Source: Octopus sinensis
Taxonomy: Eukaryota
Assembly (NCBI RefSeq): GCF_006345805.1
Contig: NW_021835565.1
Location: forward strand, 1 to 25,964
Reading direction: 5' to 3'
Length of the DNA: 25,964 bases
Below are positions 10,701-22,000 of the stretch, in pieces. Each line of letters begins with the position of its first letter. The stretch's first letter is position 1. The notes below the pieces were generated by a model that saw only the letters and a program-made list of their open reading frames with translations, was not told where the DNA came from and did no database searches. The translations under genes and the position numbers were made by a program.

Positions 10701-11509
10701 ACTCATGTCAGATAAAATCACTACCAACGATACATAAATGCATTACATTTGATATATCACCACTCTTTCATTCATATTTCGTGAGATAAAGCAATTTTAT
10801 GTACACTTCTGGTAAAAATCATGAATTTTCCAAGAACTACTGACATGAGATGATAGCGAAGCAATATTTTAAATTATGATACCACTATGCATTCATGAAA
10901 GATTTTAAAAGTTTTTCTTAGATAAAAGCTACTTTAAAAATGTATTTTATCTAATATCAGTAAAACATAATAAACAATTCTGGCATTGCATTGTTTGCCA
11001 TTGTAAATGGGATTCTTGACAAGAGATAGAAAATGTTAAATGTTCAGTAAGTTAAAATTATTTATTATTAAAGCAAGACGTCTTATTTAATTCGATAATC
11101 GGTTAAAGTTTTACTTTTAAATATGTACGATGTCCATGGTAATGTATTTCCATTTCTTGGTAATGTATTTTGGTCTATTTAAACGAATGTTGCTTTGATA
11201 AATGATGCCATAAGGTAAGAACATAAATGTCTTCTGTAGCTACTGCGAGCTCAGAAGGTCGATGATTAGCTCCAGCTTCAGGACGTTTAGCGAATGAAAG
11301 ATAAATATAAATACGGTAGAATACCAGTCTATATCAGGTTACCTCTATAAGAAGATACGGTAACCATTTTCGACAGATAAATATAGTAAAACACGTAGAA
11401 TCAAATGAATTTCTCAGAGCTACAATAAAACGCCTGCAATTGGCATAATTTCACACCCGATGTTAGCTGTCCGGTGATTTTATCGACCCATTCATTTCTC
11501 TTTAAAATA

Positions 11510-11517
11510 TGACGTCA
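11510..11517. promoter_or_regulatory. Perfect CRE palindrome TGACGTCA (within ATGACGTCAT)
   Basis: Exact 8-mer match only; function untested. Confidence 0.25.
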
Positions 11518-12757
11518 TTGAGGCACCTTAATTAAAAATTCTAACAAATTAATTTCGCTGTTGCTTCTAATTTTGTTCCGTTACTTTATCGACAACCTTG
11601 CGGTTTTAATTAAAGCAATCGATATTTTTTTTTCATTGTGCAAATTTCTTTCCCTTTCCCTCTCTAAACTCCGAGCCATAAATTAATATTTTTCTTCCTT
11701 TTCCGAATAAAAACAACCCTTGCTTATGTAATAAAAGGGGAAATTACATTTCGTATTTGATGGCGATAAATTAATTTCATTTCTTTTAAAATCCAATATT
11801 ATATTTAATTTTTGTTTGTATCCAAACAACTCAAATTAATTCTATTTATTCGATGTTTACTTTGGGGGTGGAATATAGAAAAAGTAAAATGTGGTTAAAA
11901 ACAGAAAGAAAAAAATTATTATAAATAAAAGATGACTGTAAGAAATGCAAAATAATGAGCATTGAAGAATTTGGTAGTTAAAAAAAAGAGAGGGAGACCC
12001 TGAACTACTAGCCTGAGTATAATGCGATTATTTATTATGTTATGAATTATATCTCTATTTTAGAATAAAGAACTGGCGGATAAACAGTTAATGTCCAAAG
12101 GAATCGGATTATCTTTCACAAATGGTGGCTTTTGACTTTCTGTTTCCATGGAAATGGTTTGGTTGGTAAAGTTATGTCGGTGATAATAACTTGGGGATTA
12201 CTGCAGTGCTACTTTAATACTTAAGGTATTATTGGAACTGACGGGCGGTGAGTAGTTGTGTGATGGGTGGGAAGTTGTAAAAATATAAGTGAATTTGTTA
12301 CACAGCCCAACACTATAAACATGAGTGAGGTTAACATTCCCTTACATAGTTCCATATTCTTATCGACAGTAACTCTTACTAAAAAGGAATATAGACGCAA
12401 TTATCTATGCATTGGTGCATGCTAAAGATTACTTAATTGGTTATCTGTCTGTTTCGGTAACAGAGAGAAACAGACTGAACCCCTTTCACTGCCAGCATTT
12501 CGTTTTAGCTATTCTGTTCAATACTTGATATTTAGATAGTGATGGACTGCTGGCTGGACTGTTGGACTGCTGGATCGTCGAAGTGCTGGAGTGCTGGAGT
12601 GCTGTAAAATGCAGCCTTAATTCACTGATCAAACAATAAGGATATTTTTCTGGCATCAGAGTTCTAAGTGGAATCTAGGTTGCATTGGTCTCTTGAGTAT
12701 AATTTTAAATAAAGAATTCACACTTTAACCTAGCGCTACCGAGCAGCCGTTCTATCG

Positions 12758-12777
12758 TGACGTCATACTTATATAAA
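12758..12777 (+). promoter_or_regulatory. CRE palindrome TGACGTCA next to TATATAAA
   Basis: Exact motifs at 12758-12765 and 12770-12777. The spacing is short and no downstream exon was found. Confidence 0.25.
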
Positions 12778-12982
12778 TATCATTACTCCCCTTATAAAGA
12801 AACCTACATGATAACATGTTTGTATAATACATGATCATTGCATAAGCGATACGGTCTATAATATTGACGTTGTTCATTGATTTTATTCCAATAGTATATA
12901 GACGAATCACACCAAACTAAGGACAATTCCATGTTGATCTTACAGAACAGAAATCCCATGGTAGTCAAAAACAACGTCCTAC

Positions 12983-13025
<43 letters not shown>

Positions 13026-13055
13026 GCTGTTATTGTTGTTGTTGCTGCTGTTGTT
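12983..13055. repeat. (TTG)n microsatellite with degenerate 3' end
   Basis: Direct reading. Confidence 0.95.
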
Positions 13056-13380
13056 TTAGGCTTCAGATCAGTCCTGAATGAGCAGACCTATGATCAAAGG
13101 TGTTTTATCCGTGACCATACTGCTGTATGCATATGTATGTGCGTGTGTGTGTGTGTTTAAGTGTGTATGTATTCATGTATGTATACAGATATTTCTATAC
13201 ACACACAGAAGCACACACACCACACATACACACACAAACAAACATACATATATACATAATACACACACACACACACACACACACATACAGTAAATACAAT
13301 CGCATGAACTATCTCCGTTTAGACATGTGTAAAAATACATTGGAATTTGAATGTATTAAATATCATTGTATATTCATGTG

Positions 13381-13411
<31 letters not shown>

Positions 13412-13780
13412 GTGTGTTTATGGTTGTATGCATGTATGTATATGTGTTTGCGTTTCCGCGCACACAAAGATATATGTATGTATATGTATGTAGTATGTAT
13501 CTATGATTATAACTATATTGTAAAGTTAATAATTTCGAGAATATATTTATAAATGACATTGTTTATGTTGCATTTATTTTGATTCCTACCTGTGTATAAG
13601 AAAATTATGAGCGACATGTTTTTAAAGATGCTCAAGAATCGGGTTTCAACCGTCTCGCAAAATCACTTCCCTATTGTGCTTTCCTTTAAATAGAATTAAT
13701 ATTGGAATTAAAAGGACCAATTAATAATGGTCGATTACCTCGACCCCAGTGTTCAACTGGTACCTATTGAAATTAATATT

Positions 13781-13999
13781 GGTTTCAAATTTTGGCACAA
13801 GGCCAGCAATTTTGACGGGAGGGATAAGTCGATTACATTGCCCCCAGTGGTCTACTGGTACTTATTTTATTGACTCCGAAAGGATGAAAGGTAAAGTCGA
13901 CCTCGGCGGAACCTGAACTCAGAATGTAAGAACGGACGAAATGCCGCTAAGCGTTTTGCCAGGCGTGCTAACACTTCTGCCTGTTTACCGCCTTCTTAA
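13781..13999 (-). mobile_element. Full-length SINE family A with a 13-bp TSD
   Basis: Complete head, centre and tail; tgaaattaatatt at 13768-13780 and 14000-14012. A short extra family A fragment lies at about 13728-13765. Confidence 0.9.
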
Positions 14000-14023
14000 T
14001 GAAATTAATATTAATCACTAAAA

Positions 14024-14180
14024 TAAGGTAGTGAATTGACAGAATAATTAGCACAGCGAGTAAAATGCTTAGCGGCATTTCGTCCGTCTTTAAGTTCTGA
14101 GTTCCACCGAAGTAGGTTTTGCCTTTTATCATTTCTGGGTCGATGAAACAAGTACCAGTTGAAGACTGGGGTCGATGAAA
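14024..14180 (+). mobile_element. SINE family A, head-to-head with the previous copy
   Basis: taaggtagtgaattgacagaa...gcttagcggcatttcgtccgt...ttttgccttttatcatttctgggtcgatgaaacaagtaccag; tail decayed. Confidence 0.85.
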
Positions 14181-14319
14181 ATGCTGATCTTGTACTAAAA
14201 TCTAATTGCTAAAATTAGTAGTAAAACACAAGTGTTCCTAATTAAATCGATCACGGTATATTACCTATAATTATTTTATTCATTCCCACATCTCGGTAAG
14301 TTTGTAAAAAAAAAAAAGA

Positions 14320-14580
14320 AAAGTAGATAACTTCCACCTCTGTAATTCGAACTCAAAACGTTGAACAACCTAACTTAAACGAGTGTGCCTGAAACGCTAC
14401 AGACTCTGCCGTCAGCTGCTCTTCATTAAATTGATACTTATTCCTAACATTAGCACAATACATATTTTTGCGGTAAGGAATAGTAGAGTCATGTGACCCC
14501 AGTACTTGACGGATACTTATTTAACGACCTTCCGAACGATGAAAAGCAAAATCTACCCCGGTGAGATTTTGAATTCAGGA
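14320..14580 (-). mobile_element. Two older family A fragments (about 14320-14425 and 14492-14580)
   Basis: gtaattcgaactcaaaacgt...gactctgcc and gaccccagtactt...gatgaaaagcaaaatctacccc...ttttgaattcagg. Confidence 0.55.
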
Positions 14581-15599
14581 TGTTAATAGACTTAAACAAA
14601 TACCACAGGGCATATTTTTTCTTTCTTTTTTTCCCCATTATTCTGCTGATGCAGTCATCTATTGGCCCTTGAAAGAAATTAATATTGCAAACTCTACATC
14701 TAACAAAGCTGCTGGTGTTTGGTCCAAAAACACATAAAAGAATCATATTAGGAAGAAAACACAAAACCAAGCCGACATCTAGAAAGAGCTTGATTAATTT
14801 TGTATTAGTATTTCAATTATTATGCCTCAGGTATTCTCAGATTCAGAAATATATGAATCTTCTTTAGCTTGCAATATGAGCAGAAACAGAAGCAATAACA
14901 AAACAAACAGCAGCAGCAACAACGACAACAACACCAGCGACAACTACAACGGCAATTACAGTAACGGCAATAACAACATGAGCAAGAGCAGTGTAGAAAT
15001 CATAGCATTGATATTGGTATCGTGAAAGAAGCATTGTTGAATTCTTTGTATTGATCTTAATATCGTAAGCAAGACAATGTTAGAATCCTCTCTTTGATCC
15101 AGAAAACTTGCGACTCTAACAATGAGGCCATTGCACGTAATATTGTTTATAACTAGAATTACTCAATTGATACACCGGTTCAAACCATGCTATAGCATAC
15201 CGTACATAAATCCACGACCACGGCTCCTTCAACTCTGATCGCTACTTGCTATTTAGTTCAAATAATCGAAGAAAAGTCGATGGAATCGGAGGAAATGAAT
15301 ACAAGAAAGAAATTTAAAGGCTGAATAAATGATTTAGCAAGAGAAGTATTTTGTAGATGAACATACAAACCTCCAATTAAATGTTAGAAATGTTCCCACG
15401 TTGGTCAGTTCAAACGTGAAATGGAAGAAAACAAATACAAAGCGCTCGTTCTAATTACAAGAGAGGGAAATATTTGCTATAAGCTTTCGGAATGTTCCAG
15501 ATAAGATATGTCGACATATTTTGACGTCTGGAAACAAATACAGCAAATAATTCGTTTATTAAACTTCAAATACAAAGGTGTTGTTCAAAGAATTTTTCT

Positions 15600-15680
15600 C
15601 TAATGCATATATATATATTAGCAATAGCTATTGGCAATGAACCATTTCTGGAAACTACTCGCCGATTGTGTGTATATATG

Positions 15681-15711
<31 letters not shown>

Positions 15712-15792
15712 TACACAGGCATACAAATATACATATAGAGAGTCCTGTATGTGCATATATATACATATGGACATACAATACATAAATATATG

Positions 15793-15833
<41 letters not shown>

Positions 15834-15878
15834 TATTTATTTATACGTACATATAAATAGATATATATTTACATATAC

Positions 15879-15909
<31 letters not shown>

Positions 15910-16299
15910 AGGAAAAAGGTGGCATAGAGGAGCGGTAAAAGAATTCACGGGCGAAAGAAACACAAAACACACACACAAATAATGGGCGCAGGTACGCGCA
16001 ACACCTCATCAGATATCGACCAAATATCTCAATATAATATATATACGTATGGTAGAGCATGTTTGTGTAATAGGACTGATATACATGTATGCTTAGTATG
16101 CACAACACACACACGCATTTATATAAACATACATATATATATATACAAATGTAAATACTGGTTTATGCGTCTGTGTATGTATAAAATACATATATAAAAT
16201 ATATATTATAGATATATATTATATACAAATATATTACATAATATATAAACAATATAATATATTATAACATATGTAGCAGGAATATATATTACATATGTA

Positions 16300-16345
<46 letters not shown>

Positions 16346-16526
16346 ATTATATACATAATTATAAAATAAATATACCATATATAAGATAATAAGGTATATC
16401 ATACATATATGTATAATTTTTTATATATATGAGAATATATAGTAAATATAAAATGTCATATATATATATATTTTTTTTTTCTCTCTAGTTTCAGCTCAGA
16501 TCTGCGGCCATGCTGATGTATATATA

Positions 16527-16562
<36 letters not shown>

Positions 16563-16985
16563 TGTATGTATGTATGTATGTATTTATGTATGTATGTATG
16601 TATGTATGTATGTATGTATGTATGGATGCATGTATGTATTTATGTATGTATGTGTGTATGTATGTATGCATATATATATATATATAATGCAAACATAATA
16701 TATATGATATATCTATATTATAAGCATAGATATATAAATTTTAGATATATGTAAATTTTAGATATATATATATATAGATATATAGATATATAGATGTTAT
16801 ATGTATTATATATGTATGTGTGTATATATATATATCTATATGTGCATATATATATATATACCTTATATATATGTGTGTGTGTGTGTGTGGCTAACATATA
16901 TAAACCTAATAACTTATAAACATCTAATAATTAAAGTGGAAAAATTGTCAGAAAAACCATTTCTATTTATTTTTATATGTGTGTG

Positions 16986-17020
<35 letters not shown>

Positions 17021-17140
17021 ATACATATTATATAATACATAATATAACGTATGACATATGTACACACACCTACACACACGCACACATATGTACACATATA
17101 CATATGCAAAAATAAATTCGTATATATATATATATATATA
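15600..17140. repeat. Compound microsatellite field (TA, TG, GTAT), with a short minus-strand SINE C-type tail at about 16480-16515
   Basis: Direct reading; RC of 16480-16515 is cagcatggccgcagatctgagctgaaactagagag. Confidence 0.9.
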
Positions 17141-17236
17141 ACGGGAAGCTTTATGAAAATAAACAAAAGACGAAGGCAGGTGGAAGAAAACGAACAATTG
17201 TTTAGTATGGCGCTCAGGAAATATAATTAAAACAAG

Positions 17237-17274
17237 TCTTTAACGTTTCGAGCCTACGCTCTTCAACAGAAAGA
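17237..17274 (-). ncRNA. Minimal type I hammerhead ribozyme-like motif with variant core
   Basis: Sense strand UCUUU-CUGUUGA-A-GAGC-GUAG-GCUC-GAAAC-GUU-AAAGA: stem I 5 bp, stem II 4 bp with a tetraloop, palindromic ACGU in place of stem III. Located in the PLE 3' terminus, where hammerheads are known to occur. Confidence 0.7.
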
Positions 17275-17455
17275 TACACAGAGAGAGAAAAACACAGAAA
17301 GAAGGAGAGAAAAAAATGCGTGCAGTAGCTAACGAATCAACATGGCGATCTGATTTCGGCCAGAGGTCAAGATCAAACATGAGACGCGAGAGCGAAATAA
17401 GGGGAGATAATAGGGTTGATAAAAGGGTTGAGTGACCAGCTAAAAGTGCGTGGGA

Positions 17456-17780
17456 GGGGTCTGGATGTGTGTATGTATAGGGTTGGTGTATGTATTAGTA
17501 TGTTACGGGTGTGTGTGTGTGTGTGTGTGTATGAGAGAGTATTAGTGCGTAAGATTGGTCTAGACGTGCGTATGTATGGGGTTGGTGTATGTATTAGTAT
17601 GTATTAGTATGTATTAGTACGTATTGGTATGTATAGGTGTGTGTGTGTGTGTGTGAGAGAGTATAAGTGCGTATGCGGGGTCTGGACGTGTGCATGTATA
17701 GGGTTGGTGTAAGTATTAGTATGTACTAGTATGTATTAGTACGTATTAGTATGTATTAGTTGGTGTGTGTATTAGTATGG
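17456..17780. repeat. Three 100-125 bp tandem units in the PLE 3' region
   Basis: ggggtctgga(c/t)gtg(t/c)g(t/c)atgtata/tgggttggtgta(t/a)gtattagta recurs near 17456, 17557 and 17678, with variable (gtattagta)n and (GT)n. Confidence 0.85.
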
Positions 17781-17819
17781 CACATCATATGTGATGTGAT
17801 GTGTAAAGTCATGTGGTGT

Positions 17820-18122
17820 AGTGAGGAGAAGAGGGGGGGAGAAGAGGGGGGAGAGGAAGAAGAGGGGGAGGAGAAGGGGGAAGAGGAGACGATGGGGGAG
17901 AAGGAAGGTGAGGAGGGGGATGAAGGAGGAAAGAGGCGAGGGGGAGAGAGAGAAGGGGAGAGAGGGAGTGAGGGAGCAGAGGGAAGGGGAAGAGGGAGGG
18001 AGAAAGAGGGAAGAAGGGAAGGGGAGTAGGGGTGAAAGGATGAAGGACTGAAGAAGTAGGGGTCGGGGGGAGAAAGGATAGGTGAGGGGGGAGAGGGGGG
18101 TTAGATGAGGAGGGGGGGAGAG
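17820..18122. repeat. About 300-bp polypurine (G/A) tract, polypyrimidine on the PLE sense strand
   Basis: Nearly all G/A with many G4-G7 runs. Confidence 0.9.
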
Positions 18123-19380
18123 TTGAGACCAAATGGCGTATAAGCGAAGAGAGAAGATTAATTCCTGTTCACGGCGCAAACGGGAATCCGGATGGCCTCT
18201 GTGTAAGGACAAACCGAACACAGATAGGTGTTGCAAGGAGTGACCGGTGGAGCGGAAATGGCGTGAGACCGGTGTGTCGTTCGCAAGGTGGATGTCACGA
18301 AGGTGTTCCGCGAACCGGTCAGCCAAGCGGCGTCCCGTTTGTCCGATGTACAAGGAATTGCAGAGAGAGCAAGAGATGCAATAGATAATATTGCTGGAGG
18401 TGCAGGTGAAGGAGTGGATGATGGGATAGGGTCGATGGTGGGTGCTAGTGAGGCGGGTGGTGTTGGAGAGGTAAGGGCAAGTGCGGCAACGTGGGCGGGA
18501 GCAGGGGAACGAGCCGGGTTGGGAGGTAGGGTCAGGGAAGGAGCTATGGACCAAAAGGTCTCGAAGGTTGTGGGCTCGTTTGAAAGAGGGGAGGGGTCGG
18601 TTAGGGAAGAGGTGTGAAGTGGACGGGTCGGACTGGAGATGACGGAAAGCTCGAAGAATGGTGCGTTGGAGACGTAGGGTCGTGGGGTGGTAAGTGAGGG
18701 GAAAAGGGAGGCGGGAGACTACAGGGCGGGTTCGGGGAGAGAGAGCAGATACACGGTCCACGGACCGTGCTCTGGCAAGGGCGTGTGGATAGTGGTGAGG
18801 GGGTATCCACGTAGGGTGAAGTGGTGAGCCATACGTTGAGACTGAGTCTCAAAGTCATGGTCGTCACTACAGAGCCTACGTAGACGGAGGAATTGGGAAT
18901 AGGGGATGGAAAGCTTGGTGTGTTCTGGGTGGGAGGAAGAGAAGTTGAGGTATGAGTGTGAGTCTGTGTGTTTGTAGTGAATGGAGGTGGTAAGAGTGGA
19001 GTGAAGAATGCTAACCGAAATGTCGAGGAAGGAGACAGAGGTGTTGGAGATAGTGGAAGTGAAGTGGAGGGCTGGATGGAAAGATTGGACGAAAGAGAGG
19101 AAGGAATCTAGATGTTCGCGGGAGAGTGAGGTGGCAGATAATGTCGTCAATATAACGACCATATAGTTCAGGAGTGGGACCAGTGAAATTAGAGAATATT
19201 TGGGCCTCAACATAGCCAACGAACAGGTTCGCATAGTTGGGGCCCATTCGCGTTCCCATGGCCACTCCCGAGACCTGATGGTAGAACTCGCCCGCGAACG
19301 AGAAGCAGTTCAGAGTAAGGACAAGTTCGGCCAGACGAATGAGTGTGGAGGTGTCAGGTACAGGGTTAGAGCGGAGGTCA
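18120..19380 (-). pseudogene. Disrupted PLE RT-endonuclease ORF
   Basis: Stitched from ORFs 19011-19397, 18719-19234 and 17772-18761. Frameshifts at about 19137 (after YIDDII), 18783 (TIHT/ALARA) and 18137 (before FGLNS). No in-frame stops in the stitched frame; N-terminus missing. Confidence 0.9.
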
Positions 19381-19943
19381 TATATATATATGTACATTCA
19401 TGCCGATGCGTAAGCACACGCGCGTATGCGTAATATGCGAGAACGACGAGCTTCCTATTTAATATACTCATACTATATTTTATCTCTTTGAAGATGTAAA
19501 TTTACACAATATAGAAATAGTCAATTGCAGATTCTCTTTTCTCTTTTGTACAGTTTTCAACAGTGTATCATTATACTCACACACACACACACACACGCAC
19601 ACACACACACACCATACCATCACCACCACCACCACCACATCATACACACCACTACCACACCATGCACACACACACACAAACATGCAATACGTGCACAGAC
19701 ACACACACACACACCACACATACATAGATAGACACAATCTGCAATTTACAGAATCGCGCGCGCGCGGACCAACACATGCATCTATACTTCTTTGCATGTG
19801 TGTGTGTGTGTGGTGTGTGTGTATGCCTAATTCTTTTCTATTCGCTGAGCTCATAGAAGTAGTGACTCAACAGCAAAACGTTTTGTGAGAAGACACGAAA
19901 CAGAATTTTACATATATATATATATACGTCTGTCTCTCTCTAA

Positions 19944-19979
<36 letters not shown>

Positions 19980-20067
19980 AAGTGTGTGTGTGAATGTATG
20001 CATGTATGTATGTATGTATATATGTATGTATATGCACATGTATATATGTGTGTGAGTGTATGTTTGT

Positions 20068-20117
<50 letters not shown>

Positions 20118-20231
20118 AAGTGTGTGTGTGAATGTATGCATGTATGTATGTATGTATATATGTATGTATATGCACATGTATATATGTGTGTGAGTGTATG
20201 TTTGTATGTATATATATATATATATATATAT
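19944..20231. repeat. 138-bp tandem duplication of a compound microsatellite block
   Basis: taagtgtgtgtgtgaatgtatgcatg...gcacatg...gagtgtatgtttg occurs at 19979 and at 20117. Confidence 0.9.
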
Positions 20232-20777
20232 GTACATACATACATGCATGTACATATATATATATATGTATATACACATACACACATACATACATATATA
20301 TGCACACACACACACACACACACACATATGGAACTAACAATATTAAGAACACCTTGTGTTTAGCATACTTCTTCATGTGTGTGTGCCTGTGTGTGTGTGT
20401 TAACAAGTACCATCCATCGTATTGATCAAATGATTTTAGTCATATATTTTACGTCTTTTAATGTTCTCGATTAAAATTTTACTGGGGATGATTTTCCCTT
20501 ACTTTCTCTTGCTCCCGACAAGGTCAATATATTTCTGCTCCAGTTTTTTGCTTTCGAAATGTATAATCGTTGTAATATTTGACTTGCGTTTTCGTAGGTT
20601 TTGCCTTAATTTGTATCCGGTAGTGATGTCCTAATCCGGATCTGCCTCTCGGCCACTATTATTTTCAACTCTAACCTGACCCGTAGTAGTTGCACCTGTC
20701 AGGGTCCCATCCATGGGTTAATTAGCATGTCACGGGAATGTCTTCCTGAGAAGTTCACTCTCAGACAGCCTGCACAC

Positions 20778-20897
20778 AAAGATTTGGGCGGACGGGGCTG
20801 TAGTGGAAGACTCTTGCTCAAAGTAGTATGCAGGCATGCAGTGGGACTGAACCCAGAACCTTGTGGCTGAGAAGCAATCTTCTTACCACATAGCTAC
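20778..20897 (-). mobile_element. SINE family C head and CORE-like fragment
   Basis: tagtggaagactcttgctcaa...gcagtgggactgaacccagaacc...ttcttaccacatagctac. Confidence 0.75.
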
Positions 20898-22000
20898 GTT
20901 ACACCACACCTGCGACTATGAGAAAGAAATATTGCAATCTATTTTTGAATAACTGGAAGTCATAGGAGCCACTAGTTATTTTATTAACAGATATTTAAAT
21001 GCATTGTGGCTCTACCTTCTAAATATAGCAACAAAATTGTTTCTCTACGCATACTTCTATGAAAGACAACGGTCCTATTAGCTAATATGTTCCTAGATAC
21101 GTTATGCCTGGAATAACAACTGGTATCTATCTTATAAGCTACACTGCTATTCACATTGTCTTTTTCAAATGTATTCTTCTCACTGTTAAAAAGAAATTAA
21201 GTCGCACTATTTTGTTTTTATGTCATTTCATTCTGCAAGAGACACCTTTTGTTGTATTATAAAGATTCATTGATCCAATTCTAAAACCAAGCAACAGGCT
21301 TTATTCAATACTTGTTATCATGCAGGTTTTGTACAACAACAATAAATAGTTATGTCATATTCAGTTTTAGATGCTCTTTATTCAATTTTTTCCTCATTCT
21401 GTAAACTAAAACTGCTACTTTTGTGTTATATGCATCTGCCTGAAAGCAAAATGCGTCCAAATAATTTCGTTTCAACATTTTTCATAATTTTTCTGCATTA
21501 AATAAATCTGATCAGATCAGTCTTAGTTTATTAAGGTCTTCTACTCTTCGAACTATTCACATAAATTTATGGAAGAGAGAAGAAAAACAAAACAAAAAAA
21601 AAGAAAGCTCTGACATTGAAATACTATAAAATAAGACATTATAATACCAAATTCAATGGCTTCAACGCAGCCAAAATTGGTTCGGAATAATAACGATGTT
21701 GCTATAATATAATGTCATAGAGCAATTTATTACATGTTAAAATATCACGAAAAACTACTGAATGTCTGAACTAGATTCTCCGACATATGCTACGGATGTC
21801 TACCTGACAGGTAAGGAAAAAATAAGTATGGCGGATGGAGATGTGAGTAGTTCCGAGTTAGACTTTAACTGTTCTGTTAACACTAGTAGCGCATGCCAGA
21901 TCTTTTATTGATAAAGTGTGCCGTCTGTGCTCCTGCTAACTTCTACTAAGATACACTATTAGTAGATTGGTAGCCAATATGCACTCAAATGTTAGTAAGT

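Larger units (their letters stand above)
17141..19380 (-). mobile_element. 5'-truncated Penelope-like retroelement (Neptune-like: RT plus C-terminal GIY-YIG)
   Basis: PLE-type RT motifs FYHQVSGVAMGTRMGPNYANLF, YGRYIDD, SFLD, YKHTDSHSYL, HPEHTKLSIPYSQFLRLRRLCS; linker CSRPRCRTC; GIY-YIG NIIYCISCSLCNSLYIGQTGR..RFAEH..VSRHF. Both flanks are (TA)n. Confidence 0.95.

Noticed and set aside
10990-11030. Minus-strand ISCQESHL resembling the APE endonuclease LQETH motif
   Set aside because: Only about 150 codons from the RT-like motifs, far less than in an intact ORF2, and no neighbouring endonuclease motifs; likely chance.
17760-18867. Extra ORFs over the PLE (17760-18029, 17809-18132, 17821-18051, 18288-18617, 18601-18867)
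   Set aside because: They are antisense or off-frame shadows of a GC-skewed ORF and of the polypurine tract.
19531-19563. Strong splice-acceptor-like ttctcttttctcttttgtacag
   Set aside because: Followed within about 25 nt by a (CA)n tract, with no exon-like sequence or donor.
21775-21816. Possible 36-nt micro-exon ending at a strong donor cag|gtaagg
   Set aside because: The upstream AG has no polypyrimidine tract, the peptide is unrecognisable and there are no partner exons.
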